From IMG/VR virus record IMGVR_UViG_3300042448_000816, positions 32,001 to 96,000 of that record: a stretch of DNA of 64,000 bases; one strand, given 5' to 3'. Under the pieces are notes generated by a model, which was not told the origin of the DNA, searched no databases, and saw only the letters and a list, made by a program, of their open reading frames with translations. The position numbers and the translations under genes were made by a program. Shown in pieces: positions 30,001-38,574 of this stretch. The DNA is from a virus. Within the stretch, counting starts at the first letter, position 1. Each line of letters begins with the position of its first letter.

Positions 30001-33000
30001 CAGCTCTTAGTTGATTAAAAGCTAGTACTTGGTTTCTTGATTCCTTTGCAGATTTTTGCTGATTGCTAACATACTGTCCTAAAGCAACTGCAGCCAAAGC
30101 CTTGCCAATATTTTGTAGCTGTGCTTTAAATCCTATAATTTCTCCAGTTTGCTTGTCAAAGTTAAACAGGGTATTCTTTTGTTTTTCAAAGTCTTCTGGG
30201 CTCATTCCAGCTATTAGGCTAATTAGATCTTCTTCGGCACCTAGCCTTCTCATGTCGTTTTCAATACCGCTGAAAAGATTAATTCCAGCTCCGCCACCAA
30301 AGAGTTTGTTGATGGCATCAGCCGAAGCCTCAAAGCCCTTTGCTACAGAAATTTGGTTTTTACGAATGTCTCTTAGCTTCTTTAGAATGTCATCTAGAGA
30401 AGACGCTGCTGGCCCACCGCTACCGCCACCAGGATCTAAGTCTTCATCTATAGGAGCTGTAGTATTATCTTTTTCTGTTTCGGTAGTTATAAAACCACTG
30501 TCTAAAGCAAAATCTGTAAATTCTTTATCTTTATTTCCTGGTTCGTTTAGCCACTCTCTATACTGGTCCATCATGGCTTCGTCGCCCTGAAGAAGCATTG
30601 TTGTAACAAATTGGGTCATAAAGGTTTTTTGAAAATTGTCTGGCAGCCCATTGAAATATTGTTCATATTCTTTGAAGTTGTCCATATTTTCTTCACCGAT
30701 AAGATCGGTAATAACATCCATGCCCATTTTACCGTCAACAGAGTCTATGATCTCTTTCATTTCCAACATCTTGTCGGCGGCACCTTCATTTTCATTTAGG
30801 TATGTTAGAACTATTTCTGCATCTAGCACCCTAGATACTGACTCAAACATTTCTAGATATTTTCTAGCTTCTTCTGGAACATCGGATTTTGCAGCAATAT
30901 TTGCCACAAAGTTTGTTTGCTGATCTAGAAGTGGCTCACCATTTTCATCTTTAAACATTTTCATTACGTTAAGGGTTCTGTTGGTATCTGCGTTGCCCAG
31001 ATTATCCATTAGAGTAAAGGTTTTTGTCATCATGTCTGCGTCTGATCCAAAAACGTTCATAAGTTCTGAAATTACTAGAGGGTCTAGGTCACTGGCTAGT
31101 CCGACAGTAAGCATGTATTCTTGAGTCTCGTTTAGTCCACTTGCATCAATTACTTGTTGTCTGGCTCCCATAGCAAGAGCTAGACCTTCGGGATCGTCTG
31201 CAAACCTATTTTCTATACTCTTTTTTGCAGCATCTTGTAGGGCCATTTTTCCAGAAAAGTCTGCACCCTCAAAAGAGCTGGCTATAGCTGCTCGTGTTTC
31301 TGCTCCTTGTTCCAGCAAAGCTGATCTGTCTATCATATACTGGTTTGTAAGACGTTCAGCTTTTGCTAAGTCTCCTGCAGCTTCTGCTATAGAAATTCTT
31401 TTTTCATAGTCTAGGTCTAGTGAGTCCAAAAGTTGCTGCTGTTGCTGTAATGCCATTTTTGAGCTTGCCACAACAGCTGCAGAAGCAGTTCCCATGTTGG
31501 CAAAAGCACTAACAACTTTTGGTCCAGTGATTGCAAGACCCGCAATGGTTCCTGCAACTCTACCGATAGTAGCACCTATTGCAGTTCCTGGACCTGGAGC
31601 AATTGCTGTTCCTATTGCTGCACCCGCAATAGATCCACCCTGCATCATAGCCCCAGTTGAAAGGGCTGCATAGCCCAATTCTTCAAATGGATTTGGAAGT
31701 TCTTGTAGTTTTTGTGCTACAATACCTATCTGTTTTTCACTATCTTGAGCAAGATTTAGTCTGATGGTTAATGGGTCTTCTAAAAGGTTTTCCCCGTTTA
31801 TTCCAAGAAGCTGTACGAGCCTTGCATTTACATTTAATCCAAAAGAAGTATCTCCAATTTCTTTTGCTATGTTAGAAACAATACTTCTTGCCTGTCCAGC
31901 ATCTAAAGCTCCAGAAGATACGGCATTAACAAGCTGAGTAACTAGCTGATCCTCTGTAGCAGCTCTTCCAAGCTTAGAAATGTTTTCTCTAGTTGCAGCT
32001 GCCATCCCTTGGCCTTGTTCACTTTGAATAAAAGATTCTCCAAATGTGCTTTTACCTGTTTGAACAGCAAACGGCAAAAGAGCATCTGCTCTACGCTTAT
32101 CCATAATTTCACCAGCAGATGCTTTTCCTGCAAACTCTGCAAAGCTTTCTACGGCACTATCTCCAGTTCCTAGGGCTTCATTAAGCTTTAGTGTGCTTGT
32201 TTGGGCCTGATCAAAAGCACTCTTAAGTGCAAAGGCACCTGCAGCTAGTGCTGTAAGTCCAATAACCACTGGAGCAAATTTTCCTGCCATTTGAGCCATC
32301 ATCAATGGCATGGAAGCCATCATAGCAATTTCTGCTCCAGGACCGCCAGTCATTCCGTACATCATGGCTCCCATACCGACCATCGAAGCACCGCCTGCAA
32401 CCTTACTACCTATTGCAGAAAAACGTTCTCTACGAGCTGCAGCTCTTTGCTTTTTTTCATCGGCTGCTATTGCTGCATTAGCAACCCTTTGTTTTTCGGC
32501 GTCTCTTGCGTTAGCTTCTGCTACTACAATTGCTCTAGCTCTTGATTTGTTTAGTTTTCTTTCATGCCTTAAAGCTTTACGCTGTTCTTCAGACATGGCG
32601 TCATATTGTTTTTGATTTATTCCATAACTTTGGGTTATTCCAGCAGCACGTCTGTCTCTTACTTCTTTTCTTGCTGCTGCACGTTCTCTAGATCTTTCAT
32701 TAGTTTTATCTAGAGCCATTGTCTTCTTTGCTTCAGCTTCTGAAATTCTCTTGTTTGTATTTCTATCGTAGAAATGACCCTTTTCAGTTACTCTAACTCT
32801 TTCAGTACCGTCGATGTATGCTGATGTTGTAGCTTTACCAGCCTTAGTAACATCCTTTTCTCCGTCTTCAATTCCCTTAACTACACCATCTACCATATTT
32901 TCTGCTGAAGTTTCTACAAGCAGTTCAGATGGAGAATTTGATCTTGATGCAGTATTTAGCCCTCTTGCAAGCAGTGCTTCTGGAGATTCACGAAGAATTC

Positions 33001-36000
33001 TTGCATAATTTGAGAATCTGTTTGCTCTACCTGTCGTCGTCGACTCTTTATTTTGATTTTTAGCATCAATTAGTTGATTGGCAACTCTAGCTTTTTGATC
33101 ACTAGTAAGGGTTTCTGATTGCATGATCGCATCAGCTTGGTCTTTTAGACTACCTGGAACCATTACGCTAACTTGATCTAAGAATCTGCTACCCCTTACT
33201 CTAGCAAAATCGTCTCCAAACAATCTTTGCATGAAGTTGGTGGCTTTATCTCTTCCATAAAAAATTTCCCTGGTTTTCTTTTGGAGATCTCCCCCAAGAC
33301 TCTTGAGCCACGTCGTAGTTCTGCCACTAGAACTGGCTCCTCCTGGAACGGCTGGAGTCATTTGTAGTCCAGCTACAAAGTTAGAATCTTTAATAATTCT
33401 TCGAATTCTTGGATCTTCTATTTGAAAAACGGAATCCCTAGTTGCTCGACTATAAAATTTATTAGTTTCGTTTTCAGTAAGTTTTCTGCCAGGGTCGCTG
33501 GCTGCTGCAGCCTGTAACTGACTGGCATATGATCTTTCTACATTGCTGATGTATCTGCGGAGCTCGCTGTCTGGAATACCGTGGTTCTGTGGAAGTCTCG
33601 CTAAGATCCCAGATCCAAAAGCTCCTCTAGGCAATCTTGCAAGCTCATCAGCATGTTGCTGGGCGGTCAAGCCACTGGCTCCTACAGTTGCAGTCGCTAC
33701 ATTGGATTGCTTAGTAATTGTTTCTATAAGATTTGGGTATTGAGTAATCTTAGTAACACCCTTAGCCCTAAGTTCCTCAATTTCTGTTGTATATTCTCTC
33801 CAGAGCTTTTCTGCATCAATGCCTAGTCTGTCAAATGCTCCAGTTCTTACCCCCTTTGTCCACTCTCTACGAGCCAGCTCTGTGGCCTGCTCTAGGGTTA
33901 AGTTTCTAGTTCCTGAAGCCATGTGGCCAGAATTAACAGCCGTGCTGTGGGGGAAGTCAACTCTTCTATCTTCACCTGGTGGCTGTACGGGGATTCCACT
34001 AGGAACGCTTTGTTGATACCCAGGAATATTCTCAGCAATTATTCCCTTAATTAGGTCTTGATACTTTGCTGACTGCTTTGCTGGAATTACAGCTTCGCCA
34101 GGAGCAAGCATTGATGGAACAACATCCCCTGCACCCTTTGGTCCAGGTACTGAGAAGACTCCATCCTTGTACCCTGGAATACCCATTTGTTTAAACAGTC
34201 TTGCAGCAAGGTTTAATTTTGGTGGTGGGTCAGCAACTACTGGTCTTCTTATGTATCGCTCTTGCTTAATTCCGTAGTTACCATCTTTTTGCGTTACTGG
34301 AAGTTCGTTATTTTCATATCGATGGTTTATCCTATTTCCTTTTGCATTAAGAGTGGTTCCATAAAGTCCTGCGTTAGAAACAATAGACCTTAGTCTTTGA
34401 AGCATTGTAAACTTTGGCATTCCTACTGGAATTTTTAATCCTTGCTGACGAAGGGCTTGTTGCAATATTGGTATTAGTTGTGGCTCAGTTACAACAATTT
34501 TCTTAACATCTTTGAGAGTAAACCCGCCCATAATCTGAGCTTCAAAAAAGTCTTTGTCTTTTGATGTATAGGATCCCTTAATCTCATCTTTATTTCTTGT
34601 TCCTAGCTTAGCTGGTGTTCCAAATCTATCCAAAGATCTGTTGTAGCTATCTCCGTAAGTAAAAGTAGTTCTGTCTTTTATATTACGGTTTTTCAAAATC
34701 ATTGCAGTATTGCCATACCTAAATGTTTTTGGGTTCATCAATGAAGCGTCTCTGTCCTTAAATATACCTTGATAAGCAGACCTTGTAAGGCTCCTGTCTT
34801 TCTTTCCAGTAAGTCTACTGAACGAGCTTTGCTTGCGTCCTATAAAGCGTTGACCTCTTTCTTCTTTAAACATATATCCATATGTTGGACGTTTTGAAGG
34901 ATCTACATCTTGTGGTAAACCAAATAGTCTTTCTTCTGCATATGCCCTGTCTTTTTCGGTGTCTCCAGCATTACTTCTCTTGGTTTCAAATACGCTCTTG
35001 TACCTTTTGTCTTTGCTACCGATAAGACTGAGCAAATCTTTATCTTGCATTCTAACTGCAATTTTTGGATTAGATCTTATAAATTTGTTAGCAATAGAGT
35101 CTTGCCAGAAATTTGGCTCTGAGCCATGTGGTCCTAAACGGTTTCCAGTCATCAGCCTTAGAAGGCCTTCCCCTATTCCGTAATTACTGCCTTCTGGCTG
35201 AACCGCAGACTTAAACTTTGCAAATGGGTTACGGCCGAATCTAAATCCAGGAACGTTGTCTGCAATCATAGAAGAAATAAATCCACTGTACTTTTGAGCT
35301 TGTCTTGCAGGAATAACTGCCTCGCCTGGAGAAAGCATTGCAGGAACTATGTCCCCAGCACCTTTTGGACCTGGGACTGACAACACACCAGAGGCGTATC
35401 CTATGGCAGGGCCAGCTCCTTTAGGTGGTCTTGTTCTTGTAATAGGGGATCCAGTCATTGCAACTTGAGCGGCAATTGCTCTTCTGTAAGCCTCAGTTAG
35501 ACCATTAACTGCTATTGCTTCAGAAGTAAAAGTTTGTCTTAGCTTTTGGTGCACTTGGTCTAGGGATGCTGCAACGGCAGAAGCTTCTAGCTGTTGCTGA
35601 GTCATGTACTCTGTTTGCATACCAAGCTGTGTACTTGCTGTGCCAGCTCTATTCATTGCAGTTTTAAAGAATACAAAACCCTTTACTACGTTGGCAACAC
35701 CGTTAGCAATAAGACCAAAGCCCATCAAGAATACTGGTCCGATTACTCCAGCTATAGCAGTAAGGCCGACAACAAAGTTCTTTGCTCCGTCATCTAGCTC
35801 ATCAAACTTTTTAAGAATCTTTGTTCCAAATTCTAGGATAGGGGTTACAGCTTTTAGGAATGCCTCTCCTAGTGGAATAAGAGTAACCTTTATATCTTCC
35901 AAAGCTTTTTGGAATTTAAACATTGGAGAGTCTTCAATTTTCTTAAGCTCTCTGGCGGATAGAACGGCAAGCTCTTCTGTAGTTGCATTAGCAAGACTTA

Positions 36001-37405
36001 AAACACGGCTTGCCTGATTACCCTCTTTAATAACGTTTTGAAATAATGTAGATAGACGAGAGAATTGGAACTTTCCAAATAGCTGTTCAATTGCTCTTGC
36101 ACGATTTAGCGGGTCTAGGGTGTCAAGTGCAGTAGCAAAATCCATAACAAGACCTTTTACGTCTCCAGCGTTTGCCTCAACAATGCCTTTAATGTTAATC
36201 CCAAATCCTGCAAGCATTTCAGAAGCTCTGCCAGTTGGGTTAATCAAAGCCGCTAGACCAGACTTAAGTGCGTTTGCACCTTCTGAAGCGTTAATGCCAC
36301 CTTCACGCATAGCAGTTAGGAAGAATGTTAGATCTTCTACGTCTCCACCTAGTTGCTGAACAACTGGACCAGCTTTAGGAATAGCAATAGTTAAGTCTTC
36401 AATAGATGTAATTGTTTGGTTTTCAACAGCGTTAAGAAAGTCAATTTTTCCTGCTAACTCTTCTGCAGAAACTCCAAAAGCATCTGTTAGTGATATTGTT
36501 GCTTGTAGTGCTTCTGCTTGCTCTACCCCACCGAGTACCGCTAGCCTTGTTGTTTCAGCAACTTGAGCATTAAGCTCTGCACCCATCTTTCCAGTAGCTG
36601 CAATGTCTGCGGCAAGCTCCATTGTTTTTGCAGCTGCAATTCCATACTTGGTAAATTCATTTGCAAGATTTTGGATATCCCTAACAGCTTTATCGGTTTC
36701 TTCTGTTGTGGTAAACATTTCACCATAAACACGCTTAAACCTAACAGCCTGCTTTTCCATATCCATGAATGTTTTTGCAGCTACGGTACCTAGCATTACA
36801 AGTGGAACAGTAAAACCAACCATAAGCTGACGACCAGCCCACTGAGTATTTTTACCAAAGTTTAAAAGATTAGTAGAACCCTGCTTAAGTAGCTGATTAA
36901 GTAGTGCTTGCCTTTGAGCAGCAATTTGGGTTTTTGTAGAAAGGTTTTCCATGTCAAGAGCAAGTGGTCTGACTGCGATTGCTCGCATAGCACCGTTTGC
37001 ATCTCTACCCATCTTAATGTATTGAGTTTGCAAGTCTTTGACACGTTCACGTGCGACTTTGTTAATTGTATCAAATTCAGCCCTAAAAAATCTTCCGAAG
37101 CTTTTAGTTGCTGCTCCAGAATATCTGAAGTACTCCCCCATAGAGAGTTTATTTTTTTCAAGAGAGCTTGTAAAGGAATCTGTTGTCGTCTTTACATTTT
37201 TTATGGTAGCTGAAAACTGACCAGTTCTATTTATGCTGTTTAGCAGCGACTGCTGCATTTGCATTGAGGATGCACTAGCAGCAGCCCCAGATTTTGCCAA
37301 AGAGGTATGGAAGGCTGATATCTGTCGCTGAAGATTTTTGATATTGGCCAGAGCTGCGGCCGTATCAATATCAACTCTTATTCTGGCGTTGGCATCTTCA
37401 GCCAT
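27029..37405 (-). CDS. Tape measure protein with internal cargo domains (3458 aa)
   Basis: TP901-type TMP core (about aa 200-470), transmembrane and glycine-zipper segments, long coiled coils, position after the tail chaperones. Confidence 0.92.
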   Translation of the reverse strand: MAEDANARIRVDIDTAAALANIKNLQRQISAFHTSLAKSGAAASASSMQMQQSLLNSINRTGQFSATIKNVKTTTDSFTSSLEKNKLSMGEYFRYSGAATKSFGRFFRAEFDTINKVARERVKDLQTQYIKMGRDANGAMRAIAVRPLALDMENLSTKTQIAAQRQALLNQLLKQGSTNLLNFGKNTQWAGRQLMVGFTVPLVMLGTVAAKTFMDMEKQAVRFKRVYGEMFTTTEETDKAVRDIQNLANEFTKYGIAAAKTMELAADIAATGKMGAELNAQVAETTRLAVLGGVEQAEALQATISLTDAFGVSAEELAGKIDFLNAVENQTITSIEDLTIAIPKAGPVVQQLGGDVEDLTFFLTAMREGGINASEGANALKSGLAALINPTGRASEMLAGFGINIKGIVEANAGDVKGLVMDFATALDTLDPLNRARAIEQLFGKFQFSRLSTLFQNVIKEGNQASRVLSLANATTEELAVLSARELKKIEDSPMFKFQKALEDIKVTLIPLGEAFLKAVTPILEFGTKILKKFDELDDGAKNFVVGLTAIAGVIGPVFLMGFGLIANGVANVVKGFVFFKTAMNRAGTASTQLGMQTEYMTQQQLEASAVAASLDQVHQKLRQTFTSEAIAVNGLTEAYRRAIAAQVAMTGSPITRTRPPKGAGPAIGYASGVLSVPGPKGAGDIVPAMLSPGEAVIPARQAQKYSGFISSMIADNVPGFRFGRNPFAKFKSAVQPEGSNYGIGEGLLRLMTGNRLGPHGSEPNFWQDSIANKFIRSNPKIAVRMQDKDLLSLIGSKDKRYKSVFETKRSNAGDTEKDRAYAEERLFGLPQDVDPSKRPTYGYMFKEERGQRFIGRKQSSFSRLTGKKDRSLTRSAYQGIFKDRDASLMNPKTFRYGNTAMILKNRNIKDRTTFTYGDSYNRSLDRFGTPAKLGTRNKDEIKGSYTSKDKDFFEAQIMGGFTLKDVKKIVVTEPQLIPILQQALRQQGLKIPVGMPKFTMLQRLRSIVSNAGLYGTTLNAKGNRINHRYENNELPVTQKDGNYGIKQERYIRRPVVADPPPKLNLAARLFKQMGIPGYKDGVFSVPGPKGAGDVVPSMLAPGEAVIPAKQSAKYQDLIKGIIAENIPGYQQSVPSGIPVQPPGEDRRVDFPHSTAVNSGHMASGTRNLTLEQATELARREWTKGVRTGAFDRLGIDAEKLWREYTTEIEELRAKGVTKITQYPNLIETITKQSNVATATVGASGLTAQQHADELARLPRGAFGSGILARLPQNHGIPDSELRRYISNVERSYASQLQAAAASDPGRKLTENETNKFYSRATRDSVFQIEDPRIRRIIKDSNFVAGLQMTPAVPGGASSSGRTTTWLKSLGGDLQKKTREIFYGRDKATNFMQRLFGDDFARVRGSRFLDQVSVMVPGSLKDQADAIMQSETLTSDQKARVANQLIDAKNQNKESTTTGRANRFSNYARILRESPEALLARGLNTASRSNSPSELLVETSAENMVDGVVKGIEDGEKDVTKAGKATTSAYIDGTERVRVTEKGHFYDRNTNKRISEAEAKKTMALDKTNERSRERAAARKEVRDRRAAGITQSYGINQKQYDAMSEEQRKALRHERKLNKSRARAIVVAEANARDAEKQRVANAAIAADEKKQRAAARRERFSAIGSKVAGGASMVGMGAMMYGMTGGPGAEIAMMASMPLMMAQMAGKFAPVVIGLTALAAGAFALKSAFDQAQTSTLKLNEALGTGDSAVESFAEFAGKASAGEIMDKRRADALLPFAVQTGKSTFGESFIQSEQGQGMAAATRENISKLGRAATEDQLVTQLVNAVSSGALDAGQARSIVSNIAKEIGDTSFGLNVNARLVQLLGINGENLLEDPLTIRLNLAQDSEKQIGIVAQKLQELPNPFEELGYAALSTGAMMQGGSIAGAAIGTAIAPGPGTAIGATIGRVAGTIAGLAITGPKVVSAFANMGTASAAVVASSKMALQQQQQLLDSLDLDYEKRISIAEAAGDLAKAERLTNQYMIDRSALLEQGAETRAAIASSFEGADFSGKMALQDAAKKSIENRFADDPEGLALAMGARQQVIDASGLNETQEYMLTVGLASDLDPLVISELMNVFGSDADMMTKTFTLMDNLGNADTNRTLNVMKMFKDENGEPLLDQQTNFVANIAAKSDVPEEARKYLEMFESVSRVLDAEIVLTYLNENEGAADKMLEMKEIIDSVDGKMGMDVITDLIGEENMDNFKEYEQYFNGLPDNFQKTFMTQFVTTMLLQGDEAMMDQYREWLNEPGNKDKEFTDFALDSGFITTETEKDNTTAPIDEDLDPGGGSGGPAASSLDDILKKLRDIRKNQISVAKGFEASADAINKLFGGGAGINLFSGIENDMRRLGAEEDLISLIAGMSPEDFEKQKNTLFNFDKQTGEIIGFKAQLQNIGKALAAVALGQYVSNQQKSAKESRNQVLAFNQLRAAGFSAAEAYEAVEDAAVASAVATGNVTRDQLNTMLAELRNAKAAMEEAARLTPEGLQDVFEEGFNRAMESFDVRERKLTLEYEFKIANDQAIIENAQNQIDAIRYQLDDYDADLRGIEDQENAINKTYDEKLEALERVRKANQQVLDQEKGKLSVAEAITRGDLAAAARAVQDVRESSASSYFTGQTDALNEGRQSLLESIRGKAGLSRIEIEERIEQLTNQILEIEESALEPAAERVRLADLELEAKLEEEKVLGRTKAEWENIKNGIDLARISSAGYKDDMDKALAVVQDVKDAWAGIQSKVVTLTVQTVTDGAVPPATTYNDGGKEEDEIIPDKPTITFPEPNSHGRRLRAQMNIHPPVMAGALKAAGADSGGADARDRRLAQFLSKVTKAEADRLIALSVSSLPPDVWNPSFGPWGGEIGVGAMFDPYGNRYAAGGLISGPGTGTSDSIPAMLSNGEYVIKAASVNKFGQRFLDSINSGELPGFKMGGMMRDGGRSSKSTPAKPVGRISADAAERRALAAKPSGRGYDTPPPAATPKPSMFEKALDFGAKISPLISMAKEGIDITKSLINVGQGKATSADAMVLGLGALNFIPGGRGVSTGVKAVTQATKNTSALKNFINFKRNPNPQVLKDPDEIATMDGYVRNAAHTLFGSYDRNRAFIDNIIKSNSLGISKGTPLVRVANESDAEILKLLKPGQSVTLDRFMSVTTASSKEFLEGMAKGTVQTGGRRGGNGLPLYPLYKFNVKSDIPGVEDINKILPTPASNVVDGLLARGQNMKLVRVTTDRATGQKIYHFDIGQGIRAKTGFQQLKGKDYNREMIDGLIREGRPDLTPSYRQSVPGLGGYQNRSEWMPRYFANGGLVSRGTDTIPAMLSPGEYVVKSQRVKELGTKLFDSINSGSFSAGSFSGGPTAQNFSSPSFNTQVSPVSISQGSVISSQVTPISSSSVYNYNLSVNVASQSDPNAIAQTVMGQIRNIDSQRIRSNRF
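27293..27427 (-). repeat. TMP internal repeat B2
   Basis: YFANGGLVSRGTDTIPAMLSPGEYVVKS...LFDSINSG. Confidence 0.85.
28526..28699 (-). repeat. TMP internal repeat B1
   Basis: RYAAGGLISGPGTGTSDSIPAMLSNGEYVIKA...FLDSINSGELPGFKMGG. Confidence 0.85.
34007..34177 (-). repeat. TMP internal repeat A2
   Basis: PGYKDGVFSVPGPKGAGDVVPSMLAPGEAVIPAKQSAKY...IAENIPGYQQS. Confidence 0.85.
35234..35404 (-). repeat. TMP internal repeat A1
   Basis: IGYASGVLSVPGPKGAGDIVPAMLSPGEAVIPARQAQKY...IADNVPGFRFG. Confidence 0.85.
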
Positions 37406-37428
37406 CCATTAACACCCTCTTTATTTAG

Positions 37429-37746
37429 CTAGTTCAAGACGTTGAGAGCTGTATCTCCTAGCTTTACGCCAGAAGCCTCCTCAACAATCTTGTAGACTGT
37501 AGGAAGATCTAGATTATCTTCCAAAGCCTTCAAATCTTCAGCCAAGTCGGGCTTGTACTGCTTCATTGCAATTTGAACACATTCCATCAGTAGGCTCATC
37601 GACTTGTCATTGTCTTCTGCTACATCTGTAATACCCTCAAACTTTTTCATAAAAGGACGCAACAGTGAAATCTTTAGTGGTCTCACCTTAACTTCTGTGC
37701 CGTCAATTAACTTAATTGTTTTCTCTTCGTATACTTCTGTACTCAT
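37429..37746 (-). CDS. Tail assembly chaperone, short (G-like) paralogue
   Basis: Directly upstream of the TMP; similar over its full length to the N-half of 37801-38502. Confidence 0.7.
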   Translation of the reverse strand: MSTEVYEEKTIKLIDGTEVKVRPLKISLLRPFMKKFEGITDVAEDNDKSMSLLMECVQIAMKQYKPDLAEDLKALEDNLDLPTVYKIVEEASGVKLGDTALNVLN

Positions 37747-37781
37747 ATTTTTTGTATTCCTTCCGCTATGAGGCTTTAATA

Positions 37782-37790
37782 ATTATAACA
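37782..37790 (-). promoter_or_regulatory. Extended -10 (TGTTATAAT) for the short chaperone/TMP
   Basis: Intergenic, followed by an SD-like AAGGAA. Confidence 0.6.
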
Positions 37791-37800
37791 CAAAAACCTT

Positions 37801-38502
37801 TTATTTTTTAGGCTTTTTGGTTAAATCTTCGTATCCAAGGCCCATTCCAATACCAAACCCAGCTTTTTGAGCATTCATTCCTTGAAGGGCCAGCACGTCA
37901 TTTCCGTCCTTGGCTCTTCCACCGCTAAACACTCTAGCCTTCATTTCTTCCCACTTATTGCCAGAAGACTGTCCACTATTTTTATCTAGGTCTACCCCCT
38001 GGATAGCAGCCAAAAACTTTTTTTCCTGATAATCAAGATCTCTTTTTGACTCTAATGTTATTAGCAGTTCTGGCATAGATAGGTTAATCTCCAGGTCTGC
38101 ATAGTCTTTCCATATGCCCAGCAAAAAAACTTCTGCTTCTAGCTTGGCTAAGTCTAGGCTCTGCCAAGAAGATCCACCTTCTTCTGCTTGCTCTTTTACT
38201 GGCTCTTCAGATTGCTCGTTAATTTTAATTCCTGCGGCTATTTCTAAGACCTTGTAGATTCCTGGTAAATCCATAGAATCTTCTAACTCATAAATTGTTG
38301 ATATTTCTGGATGATACTGTTGCATAGCAATAGCAGCACAATTTGATAAAAAGATAATAGCTTCTTCGTCGTTAGTTGCAGTTTTTACAAACTCAAAAGC
38401 TTCCATAAACTCTCTTAAGTATTTTAATTTTAGTGGGGATAGTTCAATTTCTGTGCCGTCTACTAAGGACACTTTTCCTGTTTTGTATATTGTTGTTGCC
38501 AT
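37801..38502 (-). CDS. Tail assembly chaperone, long (GT-like) form
   Basis: Between the major tail gene and the TMP; G-like N-domain, acidic linker, then a C-domain (LLGIWKDY.DLE..LSMPEL). ATG 38502 lies 6 nt after TATACT. Confidence 0.7.
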   Translation of the reverse strand: MATTIYKTGKVSLVDGTEIELSPLKLKYLREFMEAFEFVKTATNDEEAIIFLSNCAAIAMQQYHPEISTIYELEDSMDLPGIYKVLEIAAGIKINEQSEEPVKEQAEEGGSSWQSLDLAKLEAEVFLLGIWKDYADLEINLSMPELLITLESKRDLDYQEKKFLAAIQGVDLDKNSGQSSGNKWEEMKARVFSGGRAKDGNDVLALQGMNAQKAGFGIGMGLGYEDLTKKPKK

Positions 38503-38508
38503 TATATA

Positions 38509-38514
38509 AGTATA
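38509..38514 (-). promoter_or_regulatory. -10 element TATACT, leaderless geometry
   Basis: 6 nt before ATG 38502, directly after a terminator. Confidence 0.55.
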
Positions 38515-38518
38515 CCGC

Positions 38519-38556
38519 AAAAACAAAATTACCCAGCCTAAAAAGACTGGGTAACT
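38519..38556 (-). terminator. Intrinsic terminator after the major tail gene
   Basis: Minus strand TTACCCAGTCT-TTTT-AGGCTGGGTAA hairpin followed by TTTTGTTTTT. Confidence 0.8.
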
Positions 38557-38574
38557 CTGTATTATTAAGTTATA

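Noticed and set aside
38122-38128. T-TTT-TTG slippery heptamer in the long tail chaperone
   Set aside because: A -1 shift reaches a stop within about a dozen codons, the long product is already in frame, and a separate short paralogue exists. Probably incidental.
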